Source: an uncultured Prolixibacteraceae bacterium
GTDB taxonomy: Bacteria > Bacteroidota > Bacteroidia > Bacteroidales > FEN-979
Direction of reading: 5' to 3'
Length of the DNA: 64,000 nt
NCBI GenBank assembly: GCA_964525995.1
Contig: CAZGIM010000021.1
Coordinates: 2,394 to 66,393, forward strand
Shown here: positions 46,466 through 56,470 of the stretch, in pieces
How the letters are laid out: every line of letters starts with the position of its first letter
Position numbering within the stretch: position 1 is the stretch's first letter
Program-made: the position numbers and the translations under genes
Notes under the pieces: generated by a model
What the model was told of the DNA's origin: nothing
Database searches by the model: none
Seen by the model: the letters and a program-made list of their open reading frames with translations, nothing else

Positions 46466-49400
46466 TTAACGGATCACGACCATCTTGATTGCTTCCTGCC
46501 GGTCGGCGGTCTTCATCAGACAAACATAAACGCCGGGTAAAACCCTGTTGCCGGCATCATTATTCCCATCCCAGACCAGGTAATTCTCACCGGTGGCGCT
46601 GTTTTGTACCGACCAGGAACGAAGGAGTGTTCCTTCCATCGACCGGATTTCGAAAAGGATCTCCTGCGGCTTGTCCGACAGATATTTGATCCGGGTTTCT
46701 CCAGAAAATGGATTGGGTTGATTGCCCAGGATCCTGGTATTCGCCGTCAGATCTTTACCATCGACGGATACGGGGAAGGTAACATGCATCGTGACAGGTA
46801 CGGTCACGCTGTTGTTGTACAAGTCGCGGGCAACAATCAGGCAATTGTACGTATGGTTTGGCGCCATTCCGGCTGCATTCATGGTCACCTCCACTTCATC
46901 GGTCTCACCGTGCAGCACGCTTCCTGCCACGGGATTGAGTGTAAGCCAATTATTTCCTAATCCCAGGTTTTCCACTTTAAATTGACCCGTTGCCGTGTGG
47001 GGTGCTCCACCTATGCTGTCGCCCTGCAACTGGTACACAATAAATGCATCATTTTGGAATGAGGGACCGATGACACCCGTCACGGTGGCGTATGCCGTCT
47101 CGCCAGGCTTCAGAACGCCTCTTCCTGAAGTGGTCTCACCGTGCCAGGTCAGGGAGGAGCCGGTCGTTCCGAGGAAGCTCAGTTCACCCAGCGAACCACC
47201 CGAAAAGTTGGTTGCACCCGTGATCTCTGCACCTGGCGGAAAATCAAATCTGACATGATTGATATATTCATTATCAGCGCTCTGATTGGTGACCGAGCAG
47301 ATCCAGTTGAAGACCTGTCCCGGTGTGAAGTACTCCTGGTTACAACCTGCCCACGATCCGGTCAGGTTGTCGGGGAGCATGATCTCCTTTACTGTGCTGG
47401 TGTCGAAGACCATCACCGAATAATGGATGATCCCTCCACCTGCATTCGAAACGGAGAGGGTATCGGAAATGCTTTGGCCTGTGGCAACAGACTTTTCGAG
47501 GAAGGCAGGTTGAACGGTAATCTGCGGGATCAGTCCTTCGATGACGGGAAGTTTTATAAAATCGAGCAGTGCACAGTCCCATCCCGCGGTTTGTGAATAA
47601 TCTTTGTGATAGGTCCACGAAAAAGTATGTAATCCCGGTGAAACCGGATAGCTTTCGAGGGTCCAGGGTTCGATTCCATCCCACCGTCCCAGCTCATAGC
47701 CATCAATGGTGAAGGTAAGGTAATCGTAACTCTTGTTTCCGCTGGGATCCTGTTCGCAGGAGATATAGCGGTAAAAACTGACGGTTCCGGGAGCCAGAAC
47801 CCGGGCGGTTAGGTTCAGGATGCTTTCAGCATTATCGGTGATGTATCCCGACCGTGTACTGTAAAATCCCTCATATTTCACGGCAGGTTCCATGTACCAT
47901 GGCCATTGGCCTGTGCCAAACCAGGGAAACTTCAGAAGGTCACCGGTTTCAAAATCCTCCACGATGGTTCCCGAGAAGAGATAGAGGGTGTCGTCAACAC
48001 TAAAATTGTTGTTGGCTGTGAGGTGTGCGGCGATCGGGTAAAGGTGCTCAAATGAAGCCGTTGGTCCTGCTTTGAGGTGAAAGGTCAGCGTTCGGGAGGA
48101 ATCCGGCTGAAGCAGGTCGATGGATCCTGTATTGATGGTCAGGTTAAGGACGGTATCGACGGAGTTCAGGGTAACCGCGACATCCGAAACTTTGGCGCTC
48201 CCCGCATTTTTGTAAGTAACCAGAAGGTCGGCGCTTTCGCCCGGATCGGGCATGCCGTTATCGCCATCCTCTAGTTCGGTCGATGTTACCTGGAATACCG
48301 GTGCATGGGCTTTCAACGGAATCGAACGTTGAAAGGTCTGTTCCAACGATTGCATCCTCATCAGAATGTTGAACGTGTGGTTATCGGGTATATTAGGGGC
48401 GACGGTAAAGGCGAAGGCATTGTTCAGCGTGATATTTTGTCCGCCGGTGATCTGCGGAATGGTCGCTGAACTGTCGGTGAGGATAATATAGGGATCGTTT
48501 TCACGGATGGTAAAGACGAGGTTGTTCATAGTGGTGGTACCGATATTGTTCACGGTCAACGACATATTCGCGGTCTCTCCGAATTCGATCAGGCTGTCGC
48601 TTCCTGAAATAACAGATTGGGTAACAATTAACCCGAAAGAGCTAAATGTCATGGTTTTGGTCGAAGTAATATTATTATTATCCGTGATCATGAATTTGAT
48701 GGGCAGGCTCTGATACGAATGGGTGGGGGTTCCGGAGAAATGACCGTCTTCAGAGATCGTCATTTCGGGCGGATAACTGCAACTTGCAAATTTGTCGAGG
48801 GTGTTGGCAGTGACAGTCGGGGCACCGTTCAATGATGAGAACTGGTAATTTTTATTGTCACCCGACGACAACCCCCCGGTCCAGGTAGTGCCGGCCGGGA
48901 AGGTCATGGTGCCGTAATAATACTCGATGACCCCGTTCGGATAAATTTTAACTGCAAAGTTCAGATCGGTGCTTCCCGGCATACTATTGATGGAGGCTTT
49001 CCAACGAACGATGGCGTAGTCGGCATTGCCCTCGTACCATACGCCCTGACTGCTTGACGGGTAAATGGCCAGATCGGTCATAAACGGGGCGAGGATCGGG
49101 GTTTGCCTGAAGAGCAGCATCTTGTCGATCAGATACGGATAGGTGTAAGGTTGGTCATCGAAAACGATATATCCATCGGCATAGATATAAAGTGTTTGGA
49201 CTGTCTTTTTGTAAAAAGGAAATGAAAAATCGAGGCTTTTGATGGCGTAACCGGTGTTGTTGTTGGTGAGCGTAAGTTGTTGTGCGGTGGCATTGGGGAG
49301 TGTGGCTCCTTGGGTCGATTCAGGATAATCAAGCTTCACATCCCATATATAGGAAGGAGTGCCGTTGGAAGCCTGCAACGTGGTGCTGTAAGGCTGGTAA

Positions 49401-50878
49401 AGTTGTGCCGGTGGCAGTGATCCTGTGGTGATCACCGGCTTATTGATCACCAGGTTATAATTCAGGGCAAGGCGGGTGGTAGTATTGTTCTGAATCGCAA
49501 CATTGGTTGTGGGGTAGTTGGTGATCGTGGGGGTTGTTCCGGTATAGTCGATCAACGACCAGTTGACAATCTCTCCCGAAGCCACTCCCGAAGGATCCTT
49601 TTCCTGAACCTGGAGAAAGTAGCGGACGGGGACAGAACTGGTCACATACTGCAACAAAGGAGCTAAATCAAGCCCGAATTCAATGGTTTTATCGGCTTCT
49701 GTTGTGCCCCCCTGCATATACAAATCTCCTCCCTGGTAGGCGAATATCGGAAATTCCAGAACGGTCGCAGGCTGCGTGGCCGAAAGATCGGTGTTGATCC
49801 CTGCCGTTACCTTCAGTTTATTCCGCGAGGTATGTTTGAGGGTGACTTTCATGGTCAGTTGCGGATCACAAGTGCTTTTCACATCGAGAACATATACCGA
49901 GTGATTCCATATTCCGCCATAGCCGATATTGTCAGCCAGGTTTTTGTACATGGTATAGCAGAAACCCGAATTGCTCCAACCGGTTCCGGAATAGCCATTG
50001 GCAAACTTCAGTCCCCCTTTTTCCCAGTCCTTCATGTTGACCACCCCGTCGTTGTTAATGTCGATGTTGTTGGTATACTGACCGTCGCCATTGAAATCGT
50101 AACGTATCGAATCGTTGTAGCCGCAGATAGTCCAGGCATGCGAAGGACTTCCGCCCCAATTGGTTTGAACGTACTTACCGGCCTGCGGCGTCCCTGCCGG
50201 CAACGTGGTCGAAGGCGTGCCGAAGTACTGGCCATAGATATTGGCGACACCTCCCACCGATGCCCCTTCGAGGTGCTCTACCAGCCAGTATTTCAGGGTT
50301 TGTAAACCTTCCGGTGAATCGACCCGGATCGACTTCACCGAGTTGATCCGGTTGGCCATCCCGTTGTAATACTTATCATATCCCGAAATCCAGCGGGTAT
50401 ATCCCCCGGTGTTCAGTCCGCCGCCATAATCCGTAACATTCATGTTTCCGCAAGCCCTGACGATCTCCCAGGAGTCGAAAAAGCTGGCCCCCTGGTAGTT
50501 GTTGGCATTGTTCAGAAAATCCCAGGTAAAATGCGAAGGATATTGGTTGGCGCCGACGTTTGCCGGAATTCCACGCAGGCGGTCGATTTCATAGGTGAAG
50601 TTAAAACTGATCCCGGCCGATTGTCCGCATTCGTAACCCGATTGTTGCGTGATCGGCCTGAAGTAGGGTTGGGTCGAATTATCGACACTCACCGGCAACA
50701 GCGGGGCATCGGCGCCAAGATAGCGGTCGGGGATCACCAGTGGCGGTATTTTTGAAAGGACAAACAGCTCATCCGGAGTGAGCGATGTGGGTTCGAGCCC
50801 TTTCTGATACGGCAAATCCTGGGAACAAAGGAAAGCCGGAACCAGCAAAACGATCAACAGTACAGATAATCTGTTCAT
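46466..50878 (-). CDS. T9SS-secreted 1470-aa protein with N-terminal papain-fold (clan CA, C1/C10-like) cysteine peptidase domain
   Basis: Signal peptide. Candidate catalytic Cys context QQSGYECGQSAGISF and His context SHAWTICGYND, then NGYSGTGWSNSGF. Downstream are CARDB-like and MAM/jelly-roll-like modules. CTD is NQPNPFSGETRIKYL...GVYVCLMKT. Confidence 0.6.
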   Translation of the reverse strand: MNRLSVLLIVLLVPAFLCSQDLPYQKGLEPTSLTPDELFVLSKIPPLVIPDRYLGADAPLLPVSVDNSTQPYFRPITQQSGYECGQSAGISFNFTYEIDRLRGIPANVGANQYPSHFTWDFLNNANNYQGASFFDSWEIVRACGNMNVTDYGGGLNTGGYTRWISGYDKYYNGMANRINSVKSIRVDSPEGLQTLKYWLVEHLEGASVGGVANIYGQYFGTPSTTLPAGTPQAGKYVQTNWGGSPSHAWTICGYNDSIRYDFNGDGQYTNNIDINNDGVVNMKDWEKGGLKFANGYSGTGWSNSGFCYTMYKNLADNIGYGGIWNHSVYVLDVKSTCDPQLTMKVTLKHTSRNKLKVTAGINTDLSATQPATVLEFPIFAYQGGDLYMQGGTTEADKTIEFGLDLAPLLQYVTSSVPVRYFLQVQEKDPSGVASGEIVNWSLIDYTGTTPTITNYPTTNVAIQNNTTTRLALNYNLVINKPVITTGSLPPAQLYQPYSTTLQASNGTPSYIWDVKLDYPESTQGATLPNATAQQLTLTNNNTGYAIKSLDFSFPFYKKTVQTLYIYADGYIVFDDQPYTYPYLIDKMLLFRQTPILAPFMTDLAIYPSSSQGVWYEGNADYAIVRWKASINSMPGSTDLNFAVKIYPNGVIEYYYGTMTFPAGTTWTGGLSSGDNKNYQFSSLNGAPTVTANTLDKFASCSYPPEMTISEDGHFSGTPTHSYQSLPIKFMITDNNNITSTKTMTFSSFGLIVTQSVISGSDSLIEFGETANMSLTVNNIGTTTMNNLVFTIRENDPYIILTDSSATIPQITGGQNITLNNAFAFTVAPNIPDNHTFNILMRMQSLEQTFQRSIPLKAHAPVFQVTSTELEDGDNGMPDPGESADLLVTYKNAGSAKVSDVAVTLNSVDTVLNLTINTGSIDLLQPDSSRTLTFHLKAGPTASFEHLYPIAAHLTANNNFSVDDTLYLFSGTIVEDFETGDLLKFPWFGTGQWPWYMEPAVKYEGFYSTRSGYITDNAESILNLTARVLAPGTVSFYRYISCEQDPSGNKSYDYLTFTIDGYELGRWDGIEPWTLESYPVSPGLHTFSWTYHKDYSQTAGWDCALLDFIKLPVIEGLIPQITVQPAFLEKSVATGQSISDTLSVSNAGGGIIHYSVMVFDTSTVKEIMLPDNLTGSWAGCNQEYFTPGQVFNWICSVTNQSADNEYINHVRFDFPPGAEITGATNFSGGSLGELSFLGTTGSSLTWHGETTSGRGVLKPGETAYATVTGVIGPSFQNDAFIVYQLQGDSIGGAPHTATGQFKVENLGLGNNWLTLNPVAGSVLHGETDEVEVTMNAAGMAPNHTYNCLIVARDLYNNSVTVPVTMHVTFPVSVDGKDLTANTRILGNQPNPFSGETRIKYLSDKPQEILFEIRSMEGTLLRSWSVQNSATGENYLVWDGNNDAGNRVLPGVYVCLMKTADRQEAIKMVVIR

Positions 50879-50981
50879 AATTGAACCATTATATTTAAAC
50901 AGAATTTACTCTTTTCCTCCCCTAACAGTAAAAAGCGGGAATCAAAAACGGCTCCTGCGATCCTGGTTCGATTCGGTATAA

Positions 50982-50989
50982 CAAAAGTA
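50982..50989 (-). promoter_or_regulatory. candidate -7 box TACTTTTG upstream of 46466..50878
   Basis: The minus strand matches TAnnTTTG about 100 nt upstream of the ATG at 50878. Confidence 0.25.
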
Positions 50990-51063
50990 AAAAAAATCAC
51001 GGTTGTTCAGGGATATCCTCCTTGTCATCTTCAATAATTTTAAAATGAACCCTCCGGGAATCC

Positions 51064-52551
51064 CTATTTTCCTTTTTTCCACTCCTCATAAGTATACCTG
51101 GCGTCGATCATCACCATCGAATCAACCGGAATCTGCCATTCGGCGGCTTTCTTCTTTACCGACTCAAACCAGTCGGCGCTGTGGGTGATCAATCCGGCAA
51201 TCTGGTAAATGGAATCCTGGTAGCACTGTGGCGGAAATTTCGCGGGATCGCTGTTCACCACGTACCGGGCATCGCCATGGATCATCTCTTCGAGTGTTCG
51301 TTTTTCCAGGCGCGCCTTGTTGACCATAAAACGAAACCATTCGCGTTCGTTGCGGATCATGTTTTCAGTCTGATAAACCCAGGAATCCTTAACCTCCGGG
51401 TGAAAGGCAAGATAGGCTTCATCGGCGAAATTCCAGAAACCGCAGTGCAGGTTGATCTCTGAGACCATCAACAGGATTACATCGTATCCCAGCAATTTAT
51501 TCCGGAGATCTGATTTATCGACATACGCAGGCGGATTGTTGTTCTGATAGGGATACAGTTTCTTGTTATAATACCAGTAGTCCTGCTTTCTGAATATCTT
51601 TTTTCCGAAAGTGTCAACGATATTTACATAATAGCTGTCGGCAATCACCAGGGCATCCGTTGAGGTTCCTCCCGTGGTATCGAAGTTGATGACCGGATAG
51701 ACCTCATTCGTTCGCCGGGGGGGGCAGATCAGGTTGAGCAGTTCGCCGATGTCGTTATCGGTACCAAGTGGCGTAGAAAGCGTGGATGGATTGAAGGATT
51801 GAAGAGGAGAAGGAAGATGGAAGGTGACATTCGGGAGCGCTTTGGAGGTGGTTTTTTCGATCGTTTTCACGAGGGTATCGACCGCCAGGGGGACGGCGTA
51901 CAGGCTCCAGTGCATGCCATATTTCGGAAAGAGCGGATAACGCGAAGTATCCTTCATCATCCGAAAATAGCGGTTCAGGTCAATAAAGGGCAAGCCCAGC
52001 GCGACTGACTTCCTGATGTAATAGTCGTAGTTGTTCTCCGACCGCTTTCCGGGATGAAATCTCCGCGAAATGTACTCCGGGTAGAAGCTGGCTTTTCCGG
52101 GTTCATAGACCAGGATCAGCGGAATATTGTAGGATCTCAGCGAATCCATCACATTTTTCAGACGGGCCAGTTTTTTGTCGATCGTTTGGTGGCCGATAAA
52201 GAAATCGCCGGTATATTCGTGGATATAATCCTCTTCATAGAGCATCCCATTTTTACCGGACACGAATCCCTGCGCGTGGATCAGCGAAAACAACGAATAA
52301 TCGTACTGGTTGGAGATCCTGATCAGGGAGCTGCGGAACCCGCAATGTTCATTGATCCGGGTGGCAAGGGTATCCTGGAAAGTTCCGTTGAACCAACCTT
52401 TCGGAGAAAAACTGCTCAGGGCAGGTTTTTCCGATTTTGAATAGAATCCTTTCAGCGGTTTCTCATCAAAGAGGTCAAAATGGCGTTGCAACGCAGGAAG
52501 CACCAGCAGGAGGAGGATGATAACAAAAAGGATTGTCTTTAATATTTTCAT
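51064..52551 (-). CDS. membrane-anchored AlgJ/AlgX/DltD-like (SGNH-like) protein, possible glycan O-acyltransferase component
   Basis: N-terminal anchor ILFVIILLLLVLPAL. IPLILVYEPGKASFYPEYI and LPFIDLN...PLFPKYGMHWS resemble the AlgJ/AlgX patterns (P.K...YPE ; D.HW). The assignment is weak. Confidence 0.4.
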   Translation of the reverse strand: MKILKTILFVIILLLLVLPALQRHFDLFDEKPLKGFYSKSEKPALSSFSPKGWFNGTFQDTLATRINEHCGFRSSLIRISNQYDYSLFSLIHAQGFVSGKNGMLYEEDYIHEYTGDFFIGHQTIDKKLARLKNVMDSLRSYNIPLILVYEPGKASFYPEYISRRFHPGKRSENNYDYYIRKSVALGLPFIDLNRYFRMMKDTSRYPLFPKYGMHWSLYAVPLAVDTLVKTIEKTTSKALPNVTFHLPSPLQSFNPSTLSTPLGTDNDIGELLNLICPPRRTNEVYPVINFDTTGGTSTDALVIADSYYVNIVDTFGKKIFRKQDYWYYNKKLYPYQNNNPPAYVDKSDLRNKLLGYDVILLMVSEINLHCGFWNFADEAYLAFHPEVKDSWVYQTENMIRNEREWFRFMVNKARLEKRTLEEMIHGDARYVVNSDPAKFPPQCYQDSIYQIAGLITHSADWFESVKKKAAEWQIPVDSMVMIDARYTYEEWKKGK

Positions 52552-52734
52552 AACAGTATGAGGATCCCCGCTGCAAGTGCATCAGCAGTTTTTCGTCAGG
52601 GTATAATGACCGCTCCCGAAGCTCATTTCCGGTCATCATTGAGCCTGTTTGCCCGTATCCGGATCCCTGTCAAAATTAAGGAATTTTGGAACCGGTACCG
52701 CGTTCTTTTTCTATCCCGATATTGAGGATCCTTT

Positions 52735-54903
52735 GTGAAAAATACTGATTTCCACAGGAAATTGGGATATTTGCATAAGTTTTCATCTGAACTTCAACGA
52801 CTCATGACTGCCTTTTTAACCCGCCACCTTCATCGTATTATCCTGGTGTTGATCCTGATCCTGATGCTGATACTCACCTTCAGTTCAGATGGTTATTTTG
52901 GAGGGGCCGATAACATCACCCATTATCTGATTTCCCGCTATTCGTTCCGTCACCTTGAATTATTCATGAATGCCTGGGGACGACCGTTATATACCATCTT
53001 TTCCGCTCCTTTCGCTCAATTCGGACTTGCCGGCATCAAGATTTTCAATGTCACTGCAGGACTGGTGACTGCCTGGCTGGTTTACCGGATATCTCTGCTG
53101 CTTAAGCTGCAACAACCATGGATGGCTCCAATCCTTGTTTGCTTTACTCCGCTCTATTTCATCATGATTCCCACCGCGCTCACGGAAATCATCTTCAGCC
53201 TTGTGATTACTTTTTCCCTGTACCTCTTCATCAGGAAAAATTTCATAGTTTCTGCCATAGTGATCTCCTTTTTACCTTTCGCCCGCACGGAAGGATTTAT
53301 CATGCTGCCGTTGTTTTTCCTGGCATTCTGTTACACTGGAATTCACGAAAGAAAGTGCCGGCGTATTAACAGGAAGCCCTTTCTCGCCATACCATTTTTG
53401 GCAACAGGTGTCGTGGTTTTCAGTTTCCTGGGGTGGTTTCATTTTAAAGATTTGTTCTGGGTCTTTACACAATTCCCTTACCCGGTTACTTATCACCACC
53501 CCATTTACAACCAGCCGGGAAGTTTGTGGCATTTCATCAGGGATCGGCAATCCATTCTGGGATTACCTATTGAAGCCCTGTTCGTTGCCGGAACCCTCGC
53601 TTTGTGTTGTGATCTGTTCGGAAAAAATATTGCAGGCGCCGGTAAAGAAACGGATCGTAATACGGATTCAAATCAGGAAACCGTCGATATTCCCGTTCAT
53701 CATGAAAACGAAACAAGAGAAAACGCATCGATACTGATATTACTTGCCCTGATCCCGTTCTTGTTATATCTGGCCTTTCATTCGGTTCTGTATTGGAAAG
53801 CAATGGGGGGCTCCATGGGGCTTACCCGCGTAATGGCAGCCGTTCTCCCGCTGGCATCCCTGGTGGCCATGAAAGGATTTGACGCCCTTCTTCGCCCCTT
53901 TCATCCGGAAAAGAGGATTTGGGTGAAATGGATCAAATTCCTTATATCCGTTGCCGCTATTTCCTGGATCATTGTTGTGCCGTTTAAGCTTTACCCGCTT
54001 CCATATCCCTTGTCGCCCGAGGAAATATCTGTCAGGGCAGCCGCAACCTGGCTGAAAAATTCGCCATATTCCGGCCGTTTTGTCTTTTATGCCGATCAGA
54101 ATGTGCCTTTCTATCTTGGGAAAGATCCGTTTGAAAAACCATCCGCGAAATGTGCACTCCTGGCCGATCCGAAATATCTCGACACCATTCCCGCAGGATC
54201 GGTATTTATCTGGGATGCCCATTTCGGGGCCAATGAGTCGAAGATCCCGATCGACACCCTTTTGGGAAACAAACGTCAGTATTTGCTGCACTGGATCAAA
54301 CCCCAAAGAACCTGGACTACCTTCGGGGGATTGGAATATTTCTGCTGCATCACCGAAACACGGCCTGATCGTCGAGGTACTGATAATTACGCCATCCGCG
54401 ATTCTCTGATCGAAGTTCTCGATGCTGAAAGTACGGTTGATACGCTTTATGCCAATACTTTTGAAAACCGGTGGGATACTCCCGACTCGACTTTTCTGAC
54501 GACTTCAATCGTTTATCGGGGAAATCATGCGTTTATCATGGACCACCGCACCGAGTTCAGCCCCGGTATATGCTGTCAGCCCGTTTCGGCGCTGCCGATG
54601 CCAGGCGAACCTTTCGAAATCAGGGCCAGCGCCCGGGTGAATTTTCCACGGCAAATGGCTGACGCTAAAATCATGCTTGTGATCTCTTTTGAGCAGAATT
54701 ACAAACCCTATAACTATTCAGGATTGAACCTCGCCGGAAAAGATATCCGCCCGGGTAAATGGGCCAGGGTCTCCCTGACCGTTCCGCTGCCCGCGTATCA
54801 TTCGCCCGGCGACATGGTTAAAGTCTATATCTGGAATCCCGGGAAAAGATTGTTTTACCTTGATGATATGCGGGTGGAAGTAACAAGAGCAAAAGCCGAC
54901 TGA
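52735..54903 (+). CDS. GT-C-like polytopic membrane protein with C-terminal YIWN-type beta-sandwich domain
   Basis: About 11-12 TM helices. First-loop motif GGADNITHY. The soluble C-terminal ~150 aa ends in MVKVYIWNPGKRLFYLDDMRVEV. The track start is GTG, and an ATG alternative lies at 52804. Confidence 0.6.
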   Translation: MKNTDFHRKLGYLHKFSSELQRLMTAFLTRHLHRIILVLILILMLILTFSSDGYFGGADNITHYLISRYSFRHLELFMNAWGRPLYTIFSAPFAQFGLAGIKIFNVTAGLVTAWLVYRISLLLKLQQPWMAPILVCFTPLYFIMIPTALTEIIFSLVITFSLYLFIRKNFIVSAIVISFLPFARTEGFIMLPLFFLAFCYTGIHERKCRRINRKPFLAIPFLATGVVVFSFLGWFHFKDLFWVFTQFPYPVTYHHPIYNQPGSLWHFIRDRQSILGLPIEALFVAGTLALCCDLFGKNIAGAGKETDRNTDSNQETVDIPVHHENETRENASILILLALIPFLLYLAFHSVLYWKAMGGSMGLTRVMAAVLPLASLVAMKGFDALLRPFHPEKRIWVKWIKFLISVAAISWIIVVPFKLYPLPYPLSPEEISVRAAATWLKNSPYSGRFVFYADQNVPFYLGKDPFEKPSAKCALLADPKYLDTIPAGSVFIWDAHFGANESKIPIDTLLGNKRQYLLHWIKPQRTWTTFGGLEYFCCITETRPDRRGTDNYAIRDSLIEVLDAESTVDTLYANTFENRWDTPDSTFLTTSIVYRGNHAFIMDHRTEFSPGICCQPVSALPMPGEPFEIRASARVNFPRQMADAKIMLVISFEQNYKPYNYSGLNLAGKDIRPGKWARVSLTVPLPAYHSPGDMVKVYIWNPGKRLFYLDDMRVEVTRAKAD

Positions 54904-54959
54904 ACAACGCCGTTTTGATCATCATCTCTTTCTTTACCTCCGCCTGTTTCTTTGAATCT

Positions 54960-54977
54960 ATCTGACAGCCGTCAGAT
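54960..54977. terminator. short hairpin between convergent genes
   Basis: ATCTGAC-AGCC-GTCAGAT, a 7-bp perfect stem with no U-tract. Confidence 0.25.
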
Positions 54978-54990
54978 AATCCGATAGCTG

Positions 54991-56055
54991 TTATTCTTTC
55001 ACAAATTTTGTAAAGAAGGAGTGACTTTTATCCTGCAGGCGTATGAAATAAATCCCCGGAAGAAGATTTATAATATTGATCCTGTTTCGATCATTGATGA
55101 TAGGCTGGGTCATAATCTCCTGACCGGTGACCGAATAGATGGTGATGTGTGAATGATCCTGTTTTTCTGTAAGCTCAACAATGATCTCGCTTGTTGCGGG
55201 ATTCGGGTAACAACGGATCGGTATATTCTCATGCTGTTCAAGGACAATCGTTGATTTTGCCTGTGTGACGGTTACAGTCTGTTTTATTGTTGGAATTTCC
55301 ACAAGTTTGATCTCGATTTGCGCAACACGGTCCGACTGTGTCGTGTTTTCTTCATAGTTGGCAACAATGGTACCATTGCCGAAGCCTGAATGGGTTACAG
55401 AACACCAGGGAACATCGCTGATCGCAGTCCAGATATTACAGGCTTCAACGGTGAATGTCACTGTTCCCGATTGCATGGTAACTAACTGGTTCGATGGAAG
55501 TACCTTAACCGGGGAAAATTCAACAATGTTTGAGATCGGATCATGATCCATTGTCGTCACAATTCCGGAATCGCTAACAACGGCTTTTATCATGAAGTTT
55601 GCACTTGTTAATAAATCACCCGTTAACGGGTATTGATTACAGGCTGATCCAACAGAATCAATTAACTGCCAGGTCGTACCTGATAGTTGCCGGAAAATAA
55701 GGTATTGTAATACATATGAGTCGCTTTCCGGTATCCATTTAAGTATGTGTCCTGTATTGTCTGTGCAAATTGCTTTCAGAAACATGGAAGATCTGGGTTT
55801 ACTTCTAGGAGACTCATATCCTGAACTATCAACCGATGTCAGCGTATATCTGTATGCTTTCTGATCCGGAACAGATGATGTATCGATGAATATCCCGGAT
55901 TGACTGAAGGGCAGCGTGCCTATTTTAATCATTGCTCCGGTGGAATATCCCCTATAGATATTAAAGGAATCCAACGGAGAAAATCTTCCTGAATAATTGA
56001 TCCCTTTATTCCAGACGATCTTATTTTTCTTTGTAATCGTATCATAGGTAGCCAT
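54991..56055 (-). CDS. T9SS-CTD protein with FN3-like and BACON-like modules, apparently 5'-truncated
   Basis: BACON-like module (PSNQLVTMQSGTVTFTVEACNIWTAISDVPWCSV...RVAQIEIKL) and CTD (CYPNPATSEIIVEL...GIYFIRLQD). There is no signal peptide. The reading frame stays open for 50 codons upstream of the ATG without any start codon. Confidence 0.6.
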   Translation of the reverse strand: MATYDTITKKNKIVWNKGINYSGRFSPLDSFNIYRGYSTGAMIKIGTLPFSQSGIFIDTSSVPDQKAYRYTLTSVDSSGYESPRSKPRSSMFLKAICTDNTGHILKWIPESDSYVLQYLIFRQLSGTTWQLIDSVGSACNQYPLTGDLLTSANFMIKAVVSDSGIVTTMDHDPISNIVEFSPVKVLPSNQLVTMQSGTVTFTVEACNIWTAISDVPWCSVTHSGFGNGTIVANYEENTTQSDRVAQIEIKLVEIPTIKQTVTVTQAKSTIVLEQHENIPIRCYPNPATSEIIVELTEKQDHSHITIYSVTGQEIMTQPIINDRNRINIINLLPGIYFIRLQDKSHSFFTKFVKE

Positions 56056-56240
56056 AATAAAATCGGGAGATCCGTCACGGATGGTCCGTATCCGGTAAGA
56101 GAGTGCATTACATCCATCATTTTTTTCATAGATGTATCCTACCGTTGGCGTTACAAATTGAAACCATTTTTTGGACTTCCTTGATTTTTCAGGAAAATTT
56201 TTATGTTAATGTTAGTTTTAGAACAATCAAAAATATTTCA

Positions 56241-56248
56241 TATGTTTG
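56241..56248 (+). promoter_or_regulatory. candidate -7 box TATGTTTG upstream of 56324..58189
   Basis: Matches TAnnTTTG in the AT-rich divergent intergenic region. Confidence 0.25.
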
Positions 56249-56286
56249 CTTCGCCAATGATTCTACTGTATAAAGCTTCATTTCCG

Positions 56287-56470
56287 TTTAAACATTAATA
56301 ACTCTTCAATTAGTTATTATTCTATGACAGAATCAAGCAGTACGAATACCGGAGCGGAGTCCCGGCCCAAATTTCCGCCTCCAGAGGCTGGAAATTTACC
56401 AGAAACATTGAAAAAAAATACTGCTTGGTATCCTTTAAAAACTGAGAGAATGCGAAAATCCTTGAAGCTG
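56287..56470 (+). repeat. copy A of a ~190-bp direct repeat (leader/5' end of the GT-C-like gene)
   Basis: Aligns by eye with 58190..58380 (CTTCAATT..GTTATTA ; GCGGA.(T/C)CCCGGCCCAA ; GGAAA(T/A)TTACCA(G/A)AAACAT ; AAAACT.AG.G ; TCCTT.AAGC). Contains the hairpin at 56369..56397. Confidence 0.65.

Noticed and set aside
50955-50980. tRNA-like T-arm string GGTTCGATTCGG.
   Set aside because: No acceptor stem, D-arm or anticodon arm can be built from the flanking sequence. It is an isolated chance match.
56201-56302. Possible invertible promoter: TTAATGTT / AACATTAA inverted repeats around the TATGTTTG box.
   Set aside because: The repeat is only 8 bp in a very AT-rich region, and the flanks do not extend the pairing. 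No recombinase gene is nearby.
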